A stretch of 64,000 nt of DNA from Bugula neritina (Eukaryota; Animalia; Bryozoa): assembly GCA_964035545.1 (NCBI GenBank), contig OZ037765.1:19654995-19718994 (forward strand). The letters run 5' to 3'. The notes under the pieces are model-generated. The model was not told the DNA's origin. It did no database searches and saw only the letters and a program-made list of their open reading frames with translations. A program made the translations under genes and the position numbers. Position 1 is the stretch's first letter. Each line of letters starts with the position of its first letter. Below, in pieces: positions 1-12,494 of the stretch.

Positions 1-204
1 TTTCATTTCAAGATGCACTCCTTTCTGTACCAATCAATATAGAATTCCAAACATATTTAGAAGATTTATTATTTCAAGCCGTAATTTTAGATTCATTTGA
101 GAGTTCTAAGCATTGCATAACACTACTAGCTTAGATCAGCTTTCATGAGAGTGATCAGAATGTCCTACATTCCAGAGTATAATGTGAGAACATTTCTATT
201 ACAT

Positions 205-410
205 GCTGCAACCTATCCACCTCAGCTTAGTTTCTATCAGTATGCCAGCCAGGCACCATAAATTGGCACCCCTTGGCACTTCTGCATTCTTAACTTTATC
301 TTGTATTTATAATCTTTCCAAGTCTACATGTAAGTTCATTTTATCTGTGTTCTGTGTATTGTGCAAGCTTCAGCCCTGTAAAAGTACTATATTATGATAA
401 CTTCATATTT
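205..410 (-). mobile_element. Degenerate LINE (RTE-clade-like) ORF2 C-terminal fragment
   Basis: Minus-strand translation gives YRAEACTIHRTQIK* and, after a frameshift, QDKVKNAEVPRGANLWCLAGILIETKLRWIG. This resembles the LYGxExWT...WQDKxxNxEVL.RA.L....L....LRWxGHV block downstream of the RT domain in RTE-type LINEs. Stops and frameshifts are present. Confidence 0.55.
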
Positions 411-669
411 CCCTCTAATGGGGACAGCCTATTATTTCAATGCCACCTACTGGAGTACTCAACTTTCCTTCTTCTACCATTAATCCAACATTCCTTTGCT
501 CTTCCTTTGTAACTCTTTTGCTTTCACCTTATTTAATTTATCAGTCAGAGTATTCAATTCAACTAGTCCTTTTCTTCCTAATGTCATTTTGTGTTATTGT
601 AGCCCATAATTTTATTTATCTACTCCTAAAAAATTCTACTAAGCCATCAAGTAGCAACTTTGAAATTTT

Positions 670-932
<263 letters not shown>

Positions 933-1891
933 AGACAGTTTGTGTTAAAATCCATGTAAAACAAAGTTGCTGCTTTGATTGTAGTGCTGGAGCTGTGGTT
1001 CACTAGTATTTCTAAACTCATGCTGCATGTTGAAGTATTTAGCTATGCTTGTAAACCAATCTGTTAGGACTTGGCATAGTTTAAAATTACACATTGAGTG
1101 CCAACATTATGAAATTGGATCACCTGAGAATATACAGTGTCACATGACTTTGAATCCTTTGTGTACAAAGGCACTAGAAATCGAATAAAGGTAATTTTTT
1201 ATTAATGTTATCACAATGTGACCAATATTTTATTTTCATCGCTTAAATATTGATTGTTATTAGTTTTATTTACATGCATACAAAATTATTAGCTGTAGTT
1301 AATGTAACAGTTATAACGAGCTGTTTGAAGTTGTAGTAACCCTCATCAAAATTTATATTCAGTGAAAACTTTTAACTATAGTTTATATTCTTTAACGTCT
1401 TAACCATTAGATTTATTATAATAGATGGTAAAATGCTAGACTAAAATAAGTTACAAGATTCTTTTTACTGTTTCTGACATGTAAAAGTTGAACTGCTTTG
1501 AGTGGCTTTGAAATCATTACTGAACTAGTAGCAAGATGAAAATGGTACAATATGACACTTGTGACATCATGTCATACCAACAGATAAAAGCAACTGGGTG
1601 TCTTTAATTATGCTAGCCTACATTGAGGTGTACAGAATGCACCCAATAATTTACCTTTACAGCATACCCAATTACAATGCATTGCTATGTTGTGCATGTA
1701 TACTTCATACAGTAAAGGCAACAACTTAAAATTCTTCATTTAAATGTACGTGACAGGTGAATGAGGAACAACTTAAGTATCTAAAATGTGTTATCAATTT
1801 ATCCGTCAGGGTTAGTATTTAAGTGAACTAGCAGTAGTAAAGCTCGCATAAGTAACCTTTTAAAGCCCTGGGACAAATTCTACCTTCTAGT

Positions 1892-4800
1892 ATGGATGAA
1901 AGCAGCTTTCACTTCAAATGGGCAGACTATCTGGTATTTAGTTTGGTTCTGTTGCTGTCAGCAGCCATAGGATTCTACTATGCCTGTACTGGAGGGAAGC
2001 AGAAGACAACTAAAGAATATCTTCTGGCTGACAGGAACATGCATTGGCTTCCTGTTGCAATAAGTATGGCAGTGAGGTAAACAGTTACTCTAATATGCAT
2101 TCTAGTTGCTATATAACATAATAATATATTATTATAATGTGCTAAAGGTTTCATTTCTAGTAGCTAAAGAAAAGGAAAGAAACTCAGCAATATTGTGCTA
2201 ATTTAAAAACGTTGCAATTAAATTTAGCGTAGTATTTCAGGATTCAAACTGCAATTCCAGTTGTTTTGACCAAAATTTGTTGTATCGAACAATTCCCAGC
2301 TTGTTTTGATAGCAAAGCATATACAGATTTTATATAGCTAATAGTGACTATGTTTTTAGGTATAATATACCACTTTTTAAATTGATACTTGTAGAAATAG
2401 CAGCGATAAATAATATGCAACATGCCTTATTATGCTTTTGATTATAAACAAAAATATTGCCTGAGCTGTCACGATGAAAAAGTTTTCTTTGCACCTCAGA
2501 TTTCACGGTAAAATTTTCAACGATGTTGAATGACTTATAGCAAAAAGAACCAGCAATATCAATCTGACTTTACTTTACTTTTAACCTAATATCAATTTTA
2601 AGTATTTTAACAATGTAAGACTTTGTGCTAGTTACCACGATAATGCAGCTGTATCCTTTGATAACTAGAATCTGATGCCTATTATTACTGAAATAGAGAA
2701 AGTGTATTATTACTCAAGCTTATGTAGCCTCAAACTATTAGACTAATACATTTTGCTAGGACTTGGTGATTAAAACAAGTAAATTTATTCTGCAAGTCAT
2801 GCAAGTGATAGTTCTTCTGAGGCTTAGCACACTTTTGTATCAACGGAGTGCAACGAAGGGATCTTCCGTTTAGCGCATAAAAAGACCGAAGAGGCAAAAG
2901 CTTTATCTAATCAATATTTTGCATTTACTAAATAGCTTTACTCTTATATATTATATACTTAGATACATCCCAATAGCCACCTTTCTATACTATGACCAGT
3001 ACACTATAATAAAGCCTTGCTTCTATATGCTGTAAATTGTCCACGTCTATGCCTATGTCTATTGATCCTGTTAATTATCATGCACTGTACAGCCTGCAGC
3101 TTTTATCTATTCGGTAGATACATGTCTCACTAAACTTATAGATTGTTGTTATTAATAATCAATTACATACCTCTGAGCAATTTATGGCCCTAAAATGACG
3201 TATTATCTTTTATATATTTGTTATTTTGAACAACTCAATAGAAGTTATTTGAAAAGAGCTTTATTTTATGGTCGTATAAGAGCATAATTTTAAAAAAATA
3301 GCATTTTATAAATAGAAGTAAAAATTTAATGAAATTAAGCAGCTACCTAATAATCTCAAATACAATAGCTTCTACTAATAATCACCTTTACACACTTGAG
3401 ATTTAAATGCCCAAATATATACAAAAGTCAAAAAATAAGATATGTTGTTCAAATTTTTCTGTTGTGTTGTAAACATAAATCTATTGGAGTACCCGTCTAT
3501 GATTGTATGACTGGGTAAAGTCTAGGAGTTAGCAGTGAACCTAACTATTATCTATCACTCGAAAAGCATTGCTATGCATTATTACTGTTCAGAATTTAGT
3601 TTTATCTCCTCCTCATTTCTAATCAAACAACTATTAATAAATAACTTGAAAACTTGCGAGCCACGAGAGAGGTTTCCTATCATTTATGGTCTTCTTACCA
3701 GCAGCATTATCTACAGTTATCTATTCTGTTACATTTGTTATCTGTTGATCAACATTGTTTGTATTCCGATCATCCGTAGTTAGACCTTCATTTTAACCAA
3801 TAGCAATATGTGAATCTAACTTACCTTAATGCCGTCGTTTGCACTATCTGGTGAGCTAGAGAAAAATGACCTTATATTATAAATATGCTTGTAGTAGAAT
3901 TGACTTTTGCAGCTTTATTAGATACTAAAAAAACGTTAGTTTTCACATCTTCTAAGGGGTTGAGTATTTTAAAACTTGTTAAAATAAACTTAAGCTAGTG
4001 TCTTGCTGTAAAGATTCATTATCATTTTGTAATGCAAAGTAGTTATTTTCCCACCTGTTTTCTATTAAAATATAAAGTCACACCAACAGTTAGAATGCTT
4101 GCATTACACAGCACAGTTTCTTCTCTTTTTCTTGTAATTACCCATAACCCTTGGACAGAATGATTTTTTTACCATTTCAACATTTTCTTTAGCATCTTCT
4201 CTGCTTTTTCTCAGGTATCCCATTCACATTTCACAGTCATTTGTCTGCCTTTTGATAAAACTACGGGCTACCCTAAACCAGCCTGCAACTGTTTGCCACC
4301 TAAAGGAGACATTATTCTATTTGTTAATGACTACACATTACCCTCTATTACACAGTCTCTTCTTCATTTCAGCTCTCATTAGTCACTTTAACTACTATGA
4401 GTCGGAGTACCCTAGCACTATTTATACATTCTGGCTCTTCTGTGGCTAATTCATAGCCCTTTTCCAATATTTTGATTCTGATACCCAAGTTTCTTATTAT
4501 TGCTTGGTTTAAAGGTTTAAAAAGTTGTCAAAATATTTTACTTTTAACATAATTTCTTGTATAAAAAGCTAATATGATAGCATCTTATTTATAGTACAAT
4601 TAAATTAAATTTAAAAACAAGATAAATGCTATATAAAAAAAACGTTTTAGCTCCATTGTTATATTAATATTTATTACTTTAATAAAATCTGCAAAATATT
4701 ATTAGTTTTGTAGTAAAAGCACGGTAAGAAATATAGTTAACATCATGACACTTTATACAGCAGAGCTTAAATGATTATCCTGAATAAGATTTTCATGTGT

Positions 4801-7800
4801 GCTTCAACAGAGTTCTGTTAAATGTTATAGCTACATGTCATCGAGCACACTAGTTGGAGCACCAGGAGAGATCTATGCATTTGGAACCATCTATCTGTAT
4901 ACAGTGATAGGCAGACCCATTGCAGCTGTAATCTGTGTTAAATTCTTCATTCCAGTTTTTAAGAGGGTTGGCTCCATTAGTGTTTACGAGGTAAAATAAT
5001 ATACATTCTGCACCAAACTACTCATACGCTATAAGGTTCTAACAAGTATAATTGGTATATAAGAAAACATTAACTCTATAGATCATGCAACTTGTCATAT
5101 TGCAATTCAACAACATCATAATATTTAGATAAAATCATGTTTAGCTGTTACAAATATGAGTAATGTGTGTAAAATTTCAATGATCAAAGAGATTATATAG
5201 TGTTATATATTAGCCTAGCTACATTGCTATAGTAAATATTCAATCATTTTACAAAATAACTTAATAGAGGTTTTACAACAATTGTCAGCAGTCAGAATTA
5301 TCCTGAGGTTAGTTGAGGTCAGCTAAGGTGAATGATGCTGAGCTATGATATTGACTAGTCAGTTGTTAGCCTTCATCTATATGACATTTCAAACAGATTC
5401 TCCACTCTTTTTTTCAAATTTTTAAACTGAAATTGCCTCGCAGTCATGTTTTGGAATTTCTGTGTAATATTGCTTCTAATTTTTTTGTTTTTAGTATGTC
5501 TTGCAAAGGTTTGGCAAAACTATGAAAACTGTGGCCGTAATTGAGCTGCTCTTATTCTATGTAAGTTACAGAACTGCTTGATTTACTCTATGTAAGTTAT
5601 AATTACTAATACTGTAAAGCCTTAATTTATTTTTGAGCTACATATACCATCTGCATGCAGCCATGCAATGAATGAAATATGTTATATTTTTGATTAAAAA
5701 TTATCCCTAAAATAAATAAGATATTCCTTTATAAATAACCCTTTGCCCTCTGCCCTCTGCCCTCTGCCCTCCGCCTCCCCCCTCCCCCCTATACAAAAAG
5801 GTTACTCGCATATTTGAAATCAGTAGAATGTTAACTTTGTTTGATATATAGCAAAAAAGGTTAGTATCAATGTGCTCCACCTGCCCATTTTTGCATGTTA
5901 GCACCCCCACTAAAATATTTCACTGTTTAAATGGCTAAAGTCAATTAAAAAACTGTTAATACACATACAATTTTTTTTATAATTACAGATATGTTTTATT
6001 GGAGAAAAGTTCTTAATTAAATGTGTGCAGTTCTTAGTCTATAGTCAAAGCTAAATTATTTTTTCCAAATGAAATGACTTTTTCTAACATATTGAATTTA
6101 ACTTGAAACTTCTATATCATAGCATAATTATAGTGACCTCAATAACCGATGAAAGTACAATATTTCCTATCAAAATTTTAGTTGATGTACAGTTCTGTGG
6201 TAATATATGGTCCAGCGTTATCAATATCAGCAGGTAAATATCAATGGTCATAATAATAAGATATTTTTTAAAGCAAACACTTTCCACTATGTCATAATTA
6301 TTGTATCCAATTAATAATAGCCATTGCATGCATAAATGTTTATCTACAATTTGAATACTATTACTAAAAGTGTTATCATCAGTAGATTATCATTTGTGGA
6401 TTATAATTTGAACTTGCAGTTACTGGTGTGAACCTGTGGCTTGCTGTATTCTCTGTGGGTGCTATCGCTATGGTCTACACAGTCTTGGTAAGAAAATATT
6501 ACCTAAAAGTTACTTGCTCTATTTCTTATTTATAGCAATTGAACAATTCTGTTTCACATCAAATTGGTATGAAGTCTCATCAAAGCAATTAGCTGAAACA
6601 TATTTCTTAAAGTGTAAATAAAAATCTGCTTTAACTACAAAAAGGTAGTGTAGGTTTTTTTTTTCACTCAACATAATATATTGCAATGTAGAAATTTTAT
6701 GATTTGACCAACCTGCTATGAAAGTAAAATATCATAAATTAAAAACTACATCTGAAAATATATTGTTTGCAACTCCACTTATCGCCTTGTCTTATGCTGC
6801 TTTAATTCTTTTACCTTTCTTTTCCTTCCTGCAGGTTTTATGTAAATGATTCTACTTTAACAGTGGTAATGCATCATATATAGAAAAACTTTCATTTTTC
6901 CATCTTTTCTCACAGGGTGGTCTGAAGGCTGTTCTCTGGACAGATACTCTCCAGTTTCTCATCATGATAGTTGGATGTATAGTATTACTTATATTTGGAA
7001 CAGTTAAAGCTGGTGGAGCCAGTGAAGTTTGGAGCGTGAACAAGCTCAGTGGTAGACTGGATATACTAGAGTAAGTTACAAAGTATGTTGTAAGTTTGGC
7101 AGTGATCTAGACAAAATATACTAAAGAAGACAGTTACTGAGTGTAGGTTTTACAGTGGCTTGAAATTTTTATTTTTACTTTGAAAATATTAATTTTTTGT
7201 TAATAGCATTTCTATGTGTGTGTGCAGCTTCAGTTTTGTAATCAGGAAACTAAAACCAAACTGTTGAACTATTGCAGGCCTTCAAAATTTTTAAATTTTG
7301 ATCCTCGAGTCAGGCACACTCTTTGGACACAGATTTTCAATGGCATTTCAAACTCTATAACGGCTTATGGGACTAGCCCCGTAGCAGTGCAGAGAGTTCT
7401 TGCTTTAAGACCTGAGGCTAGCTATCTCAATCTGTGAGTCATATTTATTCAACATTAATTGCTAGATTGAATTCAATTTTTAATGACATATTCTACATTA
7501 AGTTGATCTTTAATAATACACTGAATCAGGAACAGTATTTTATTAATAATAAAATTATGTTTAAGACTAAACTTTTTAGGAAAAATGTACTCAATTCAGA
7601 AACATCTATGCCTTGCACAAACTAACTCAGTTGAGTTACAACTACTCACTTTTAGAATAAAAATAAATACAGATCATTGTGCTAGTAAGTGATGCAAAAT
7701 TCGAATCAAATAAAAGAATGAAAAAAATCATAATATATTTTTTTTAGCAGAAGGAATAAAAATGTGTTTTGCAACTATTCATTTTGATGGTTGAGATTCT

Positions 7801-10800
7801 CTTGATAGTGCAGTAGAAATACTTAAAACCTACTTTTTAAATGCATAACTCTAATTTTTCTTCAGAGGAACTAATCATTTTCAACAAAATCAATTGAGAC
7901 AGAAAGGCAGCACAAAATTTGCTTTATGAATCAACTTTAACATGTGTTTTATAAAAATAATAATTGATGAGTAAATAAACTGTTTTAAGCCATAGATCAA
8001 AGATCAAACACATATTTCCAAGAATAAATTGCTGAGTTGAGCAAATATTTCTATGTTATGTATTGGTGATTGATTGATTGATGGTAAAAAAGAGTTTAGT
8101 TTGAAAGTCTGCAAAGCTTTACGTCAACAATTCCAGTCCCAAAAACAGTAGCAGCTGAATATTATTTGAATTTAAGCTTATTTGCTTTTACAGGGCTTAT
8201 GTTGCTCTCATAACAATATCTATTGGATTTGAAATTATTTGCGCCGTCACTGGTTTAGTTGCTTTCGCATATTTCAAAATGTGTGACCCAATTTCTGTGG
8301 GAGACATAGCCAGTAAAGACCAGGTATTTGTACCTATTCTTGGTGTTATTGTGTTACCTATATAGAAGTTAAGTTTTCACAAGCTGAATATTTCTGAATA
8401 CATTGTTACTTTGCTTAAAAAGCATATCTTTCAAATTTACCATAAATTTACAAAAAAAACAAAAAGTTTGCAAGTTAATTCTAAAATGGCTCAAAATAAG
8501 TTAATATTTAAAATTATGTTTAAGTACCTTTTGATTGAAATGTTTAATCTACATGTGAATATCCTTTATGAGTATATATGATAGCCACGCAAACTACTTG
8601 GATTAAGATGAGCGTAAATTCTCTCACTGAAATAACTCATTTTGTTTTTTTAATAAATTTCAATATAATTTGCAGTTGCAGCCGTTGCTAGTTATGAAAC
8701 TGTTTGGACGTTTTCCTGGGTTACCTGGCTTGCTGCTTTCATCTGTATTCAGTGCTTCTTTAAGGTAGAACGTGTCTTATATATGAATATTCAAATCAAC
8801 TGCTAATCAAAAAGACATTTACATAATAAATAGTTGGTTTTGTTCATACATTAATTCTTTTCAAGTTGCTACTATTGGCACATACTTTGCTTGTAGCACT
8901 ATAAGCTCTGTGATAAGTTCTAGTGCTGCCATTATACTGAACGACTTTGTCAAACCCTGCAAACCGGATATCTCTGACAGGGCTTCAGCTGTAGCATCTA
9001 AAATAATATCTGTTGTTTTTGGAGCAGTAGCCATTTTATTTGTGGTGTTTCTAAAATTCTTCGGCTCAGGTCTATTATCGGTAAGCATAAAAATTTATTT
9101 ACACATTTTTGGGTGAAATTCAAGTATGTATGTGAGTACCTGCAGACACAATTCAAACAGGAACTATAAGTTGGATTTTGCCAAAAATTAGAAATAATAG
9201 TTTGGAAAGCATTATGAAGTTTTTATTTGTTTGTCAAAAAGTATTTTGCCTCCAACTACTGTAGCCTATTGAATAAAAATGTGAATCTATATTTCTAGAT
9301 GGTACTGGCTCTGATGGGAATTACTACAGGAATAAATGTTACACTATTTACTGTTGGAGTGTTCTTCCCATTTGTAGATGGCAGATGTGCCTTGATAGGA
9401 AACATTTTTGGGCTAGGTTAGTTATTATATAGCAACACCGACAATCTTGTTATTCAGAGTTTATAAGATGTAACTCTCTAGAATTATCAATTTCCTGAGA
9501 AATAAACTTACTAATTATATGATATAATTATATGATGTAATTTTGCATCTATATATTAACAAAATACCTTATGTTATTATCTAACTGTTTCTCTAAAACT
9601 TTATATTGTGTGTGGATTACTAAAAGCACTGTTAAAACTAGCTAAAAGGTTGAATTGCCATGATCATTGTCTATGCATATATGGAACGCTAGCACATTTG
9701 CAAAAAAGTTCAGAAAGAATCTACAAGATATAATCTTCAAACTGCATATTTATAAAATATAAGGCAATGATGACAAGGTTTCAGGTTTTAAGGAAAAAGT
9801 TAAAAATATTAATCAATTACAAAATATATTTTGTAAATCTTGCTTACGTTCTGCTATTTTTAGCATATGCTGGATGGTTGAGTTTTGGCGGACTGGTCAA
9901 CAGGCCGTATGTGTATTCCTACCCTGTAACTACAGCTGGTTGTAACATCACAGATGAGAATTTACTTGCTAATATATCATCTCCTGTATATGACCCCAGT
10001 ACATGGAACCCTCAGTCTCACTACAGGTATTTTTTAATAGTTATGACAATTGCTTGTTTGTTACTTTTGCCCAATACAATTGCCATATTAGAAAACAGTT
10101 TTAAAAAATGCACCATACACTTATAAGCAGCAATCTACTGACTGCAATTTTTTTTAATAATGTTTAGCGATTTGATGAGTTTAATCTGTGCAAAATATTG
10201 TGCATTCAGAACAAAATTTGACTTGGATTTTTGTTTGCAAATGTGGTATAAAATTCGAAAACTAAAACAGTTACAACCAGACAATAAAATGAAGATTAAA
10301 GTAGCACTAAAGAAATGTTTACAAAGCAACATTTCTTTTTTCTCAAGATGAATAATTAACTTTTTTTATGAGTTTTAAAGCTTATGCCAGCCTGGTTTTA
10401 GAATCCTAATTATTCACCGCGACCAGAATTTGATTTAGGTTGAATATCTTGTCTTTTAAAAACATGCCCATGTTGAGTTATTGTATCTAGAAATTACTCA
10501 CCAGCTAGTCAGGTTCTAAGTGATCAGCACCAATTGAGATTATCTACATTCTAGGCTAGTTATAGCTATAATACTTTATAGCTATATTGCTATACATGCT
10601 ATTGTCAACATCTGCAGCTTTTATCAGTGCTTGACCATATACACATAATACAGTTGACTATAACTATATGCATAAACAACATGCCACTACAGCAGAATGG
10701 ATATCAATATAAGTTATATTTTGAACCTGCATAAGTTATATGGCATGTTAAATTTTCTTATCAACACTATATTTATTATTGAACTTTCAACCAAAGCTTG

Positions 10801-12494
10801 TAGCTCATCAAATATTTGAATACATTTCTGAACCTTATTGTAAGTTCTACTGTTGAAAAGGTTAGGTATAGATGCGATGTATGACATTTCCTACGCATGG
10901 CTTGGACCTGGAGGAGTGCTCGTCAGCTTAATAATCTCTCTGAGTACGAGTCTAATATGTGAGTACAGTTTTTCATTCATACGTAGCAAAACTAAGAGGT
11001 GGAAACAACTCCTAGTTCAATATACAATCACATCTATAATCCAAATTGCAACGTCCTATTTTTTTGAGAAATATACTTGTTAATGCTTTTTATTGTTTGA
11101 ACTATGCACTATCTTCTATGCCTAGTATTTCCAAATATATATTGCAGACAACAATATGATTAATTTCCAATTTGTCAAGTGTCAATTTTAGTACATACTT
11201 CAAATTATAGAAAAATAGATCCTTATCAGCTAAACCAGACATGCAAAATGGTTTTTATAAAAACAGAGAAGAAAAGCTTATTGTCCAAACAAATATGAAA
11301 AAATGTAGTAGCTCAAAGTTTTTACTTTGTTAACCCAAAAAATTTGGTAGTTTCGGATTTTTTTCTAATATATTAGGGTTTGCTAATGACTGGTTAGTAG
11401 AGCAAACAATTTCTAATAAATATGTAAAGCTTGATCATAGGTTGTTTCTCTACTACTGCGTGCAGTTTTATAGGTATTTTTATATTTTAGTGAGAAACAA
11501 GAATCCTGTGAATAAAACGCTTCTGGCATCTTGTGTTGTTAATGGCCGTTTTACTCCACGGTATTGGAAGAAGTTTATTGATTACAGAGAAAATGGTGAA
11601 TTGAATGATGTTGCACTGGTAAGTAAAGTATTTAACATTAGAACTCACTGTACTTTTATAGTCACTATCTCTGTGAGAAACTTCTGATGGAAGGGGTTTT
11701 TTAAAGCAGGCTAAGGCTTCAATCACATGTGGCACAGGAGCAATCATGACTGGATGCTCTTCCTGACATTACCAATGGCCTTTACTGGGGATCAAACCGA
11801 CAACTTGGTGTTTACTAAGCCAAATGCTGTAACCCCTAGATTACGGCTGCTCCCTCTAAAATACTGTAATTATTATAGGCATGCAAAGAAAACTTTTATC
11901 TACTTTAATGTCGAGTTTACATAAATTTTGTACAGTATTTATTTATTCCTAGGCTTTTTTGCATGTAAAATTTTGCTTTTTTATGTCCAATATTATTGAG
12001 CTTGCTCATAATGTGTGTACAAATACATAGATATACAAAAAACTAGGCACCATATTTTGCTTTGCATGTTAACTTCAACATCGATATTCAATACCAATCA
12101 CTGTCGTGCCATTTATGAACATTTCAATATGTTTATTCCTAAATTCCACATTTTTAAAAAAGACTTTTGATTACACGCAGTTAAACTTGATTTCCAGTTA
12201 CCGTAATAGACTTATGTACTACATTTAAGGATCTCATTTTTACAATCCAGGTAGCATAAACTAATAATAGTGAATTTAAATTACAAATCTCAATAATGTG
12301 TTTGATTACTACCTCAGAAAAATAGGCATGCATTATAATAGTAGTAATATGTTTAAAAACAAATAGGCCTACATATAAAATCAACGGACACACATTAGCA
12401 CATCACCAAACTTGATTATCTTCATATGTTGGTTATTTTACAGAAAGCAGTTCACGATATTGAAGGCACAGAAAATATTCAAGATGATCTCTGA
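1892..12494 (+). CDS. SLC5 sodium:solute symporter, NIS/SMVT/SMCT (SLC5A5/6/8/12)-like, copy A (divergent paralogue, about 600 aa)
   Basis: join(1892..2076,4831..4990,5495..5560,6182..6233,6420..6487,6916..7070,7278..7433,8194..8323,8676..8764,8897..9080,9299..9416,9864..10026,10861..10958,11491..11618,12444..12494) = 1803 nt, open, all introns GT-AG. Motifs: DYLVF..SAAIGFYYA, EYLLADRNMHWLPVAIS, YGPAL, GGLKAVLWTD, FDPRVRHTLW, CDP...KDQ, PGLPGL..SVFSASLSTISS, YDISYAW. The last exon (KAVHDIEGTENIQDDL*) is less certain; unspliced read-through would stop at 11687. Confidence 0.9.
5744..5790. repeat. Short (TGCCCTC)4 minisatellite plus C-rich tract in copy A intron 3
   Basis: tgccctc repeated four times followed by cgcctcccccctcccccct. 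Confidence 0.7.

Noticed and set aside
8861-9088. Recurrent antisense ORFs over exons 5, 6 and 10 (e.g. 6852..7043, 24170..24391, 35527..35748, 50331..50552, 61717..61938)
   Set aside because: They are shadows of the sense exons, repeated only because the gene is duplicated; no independent coding signal.
12483-12494. C-terminal QDDL as an ER-retention signal, and TKL in B-D as a peroxisomal signal
   Set aside because: SLC5A5/6/8-type C-termini are cytosolic tails of plasma-membrane proteins, so KDEL and PTS1 logic does not apply; a PDZ-ligand reading fits the family.
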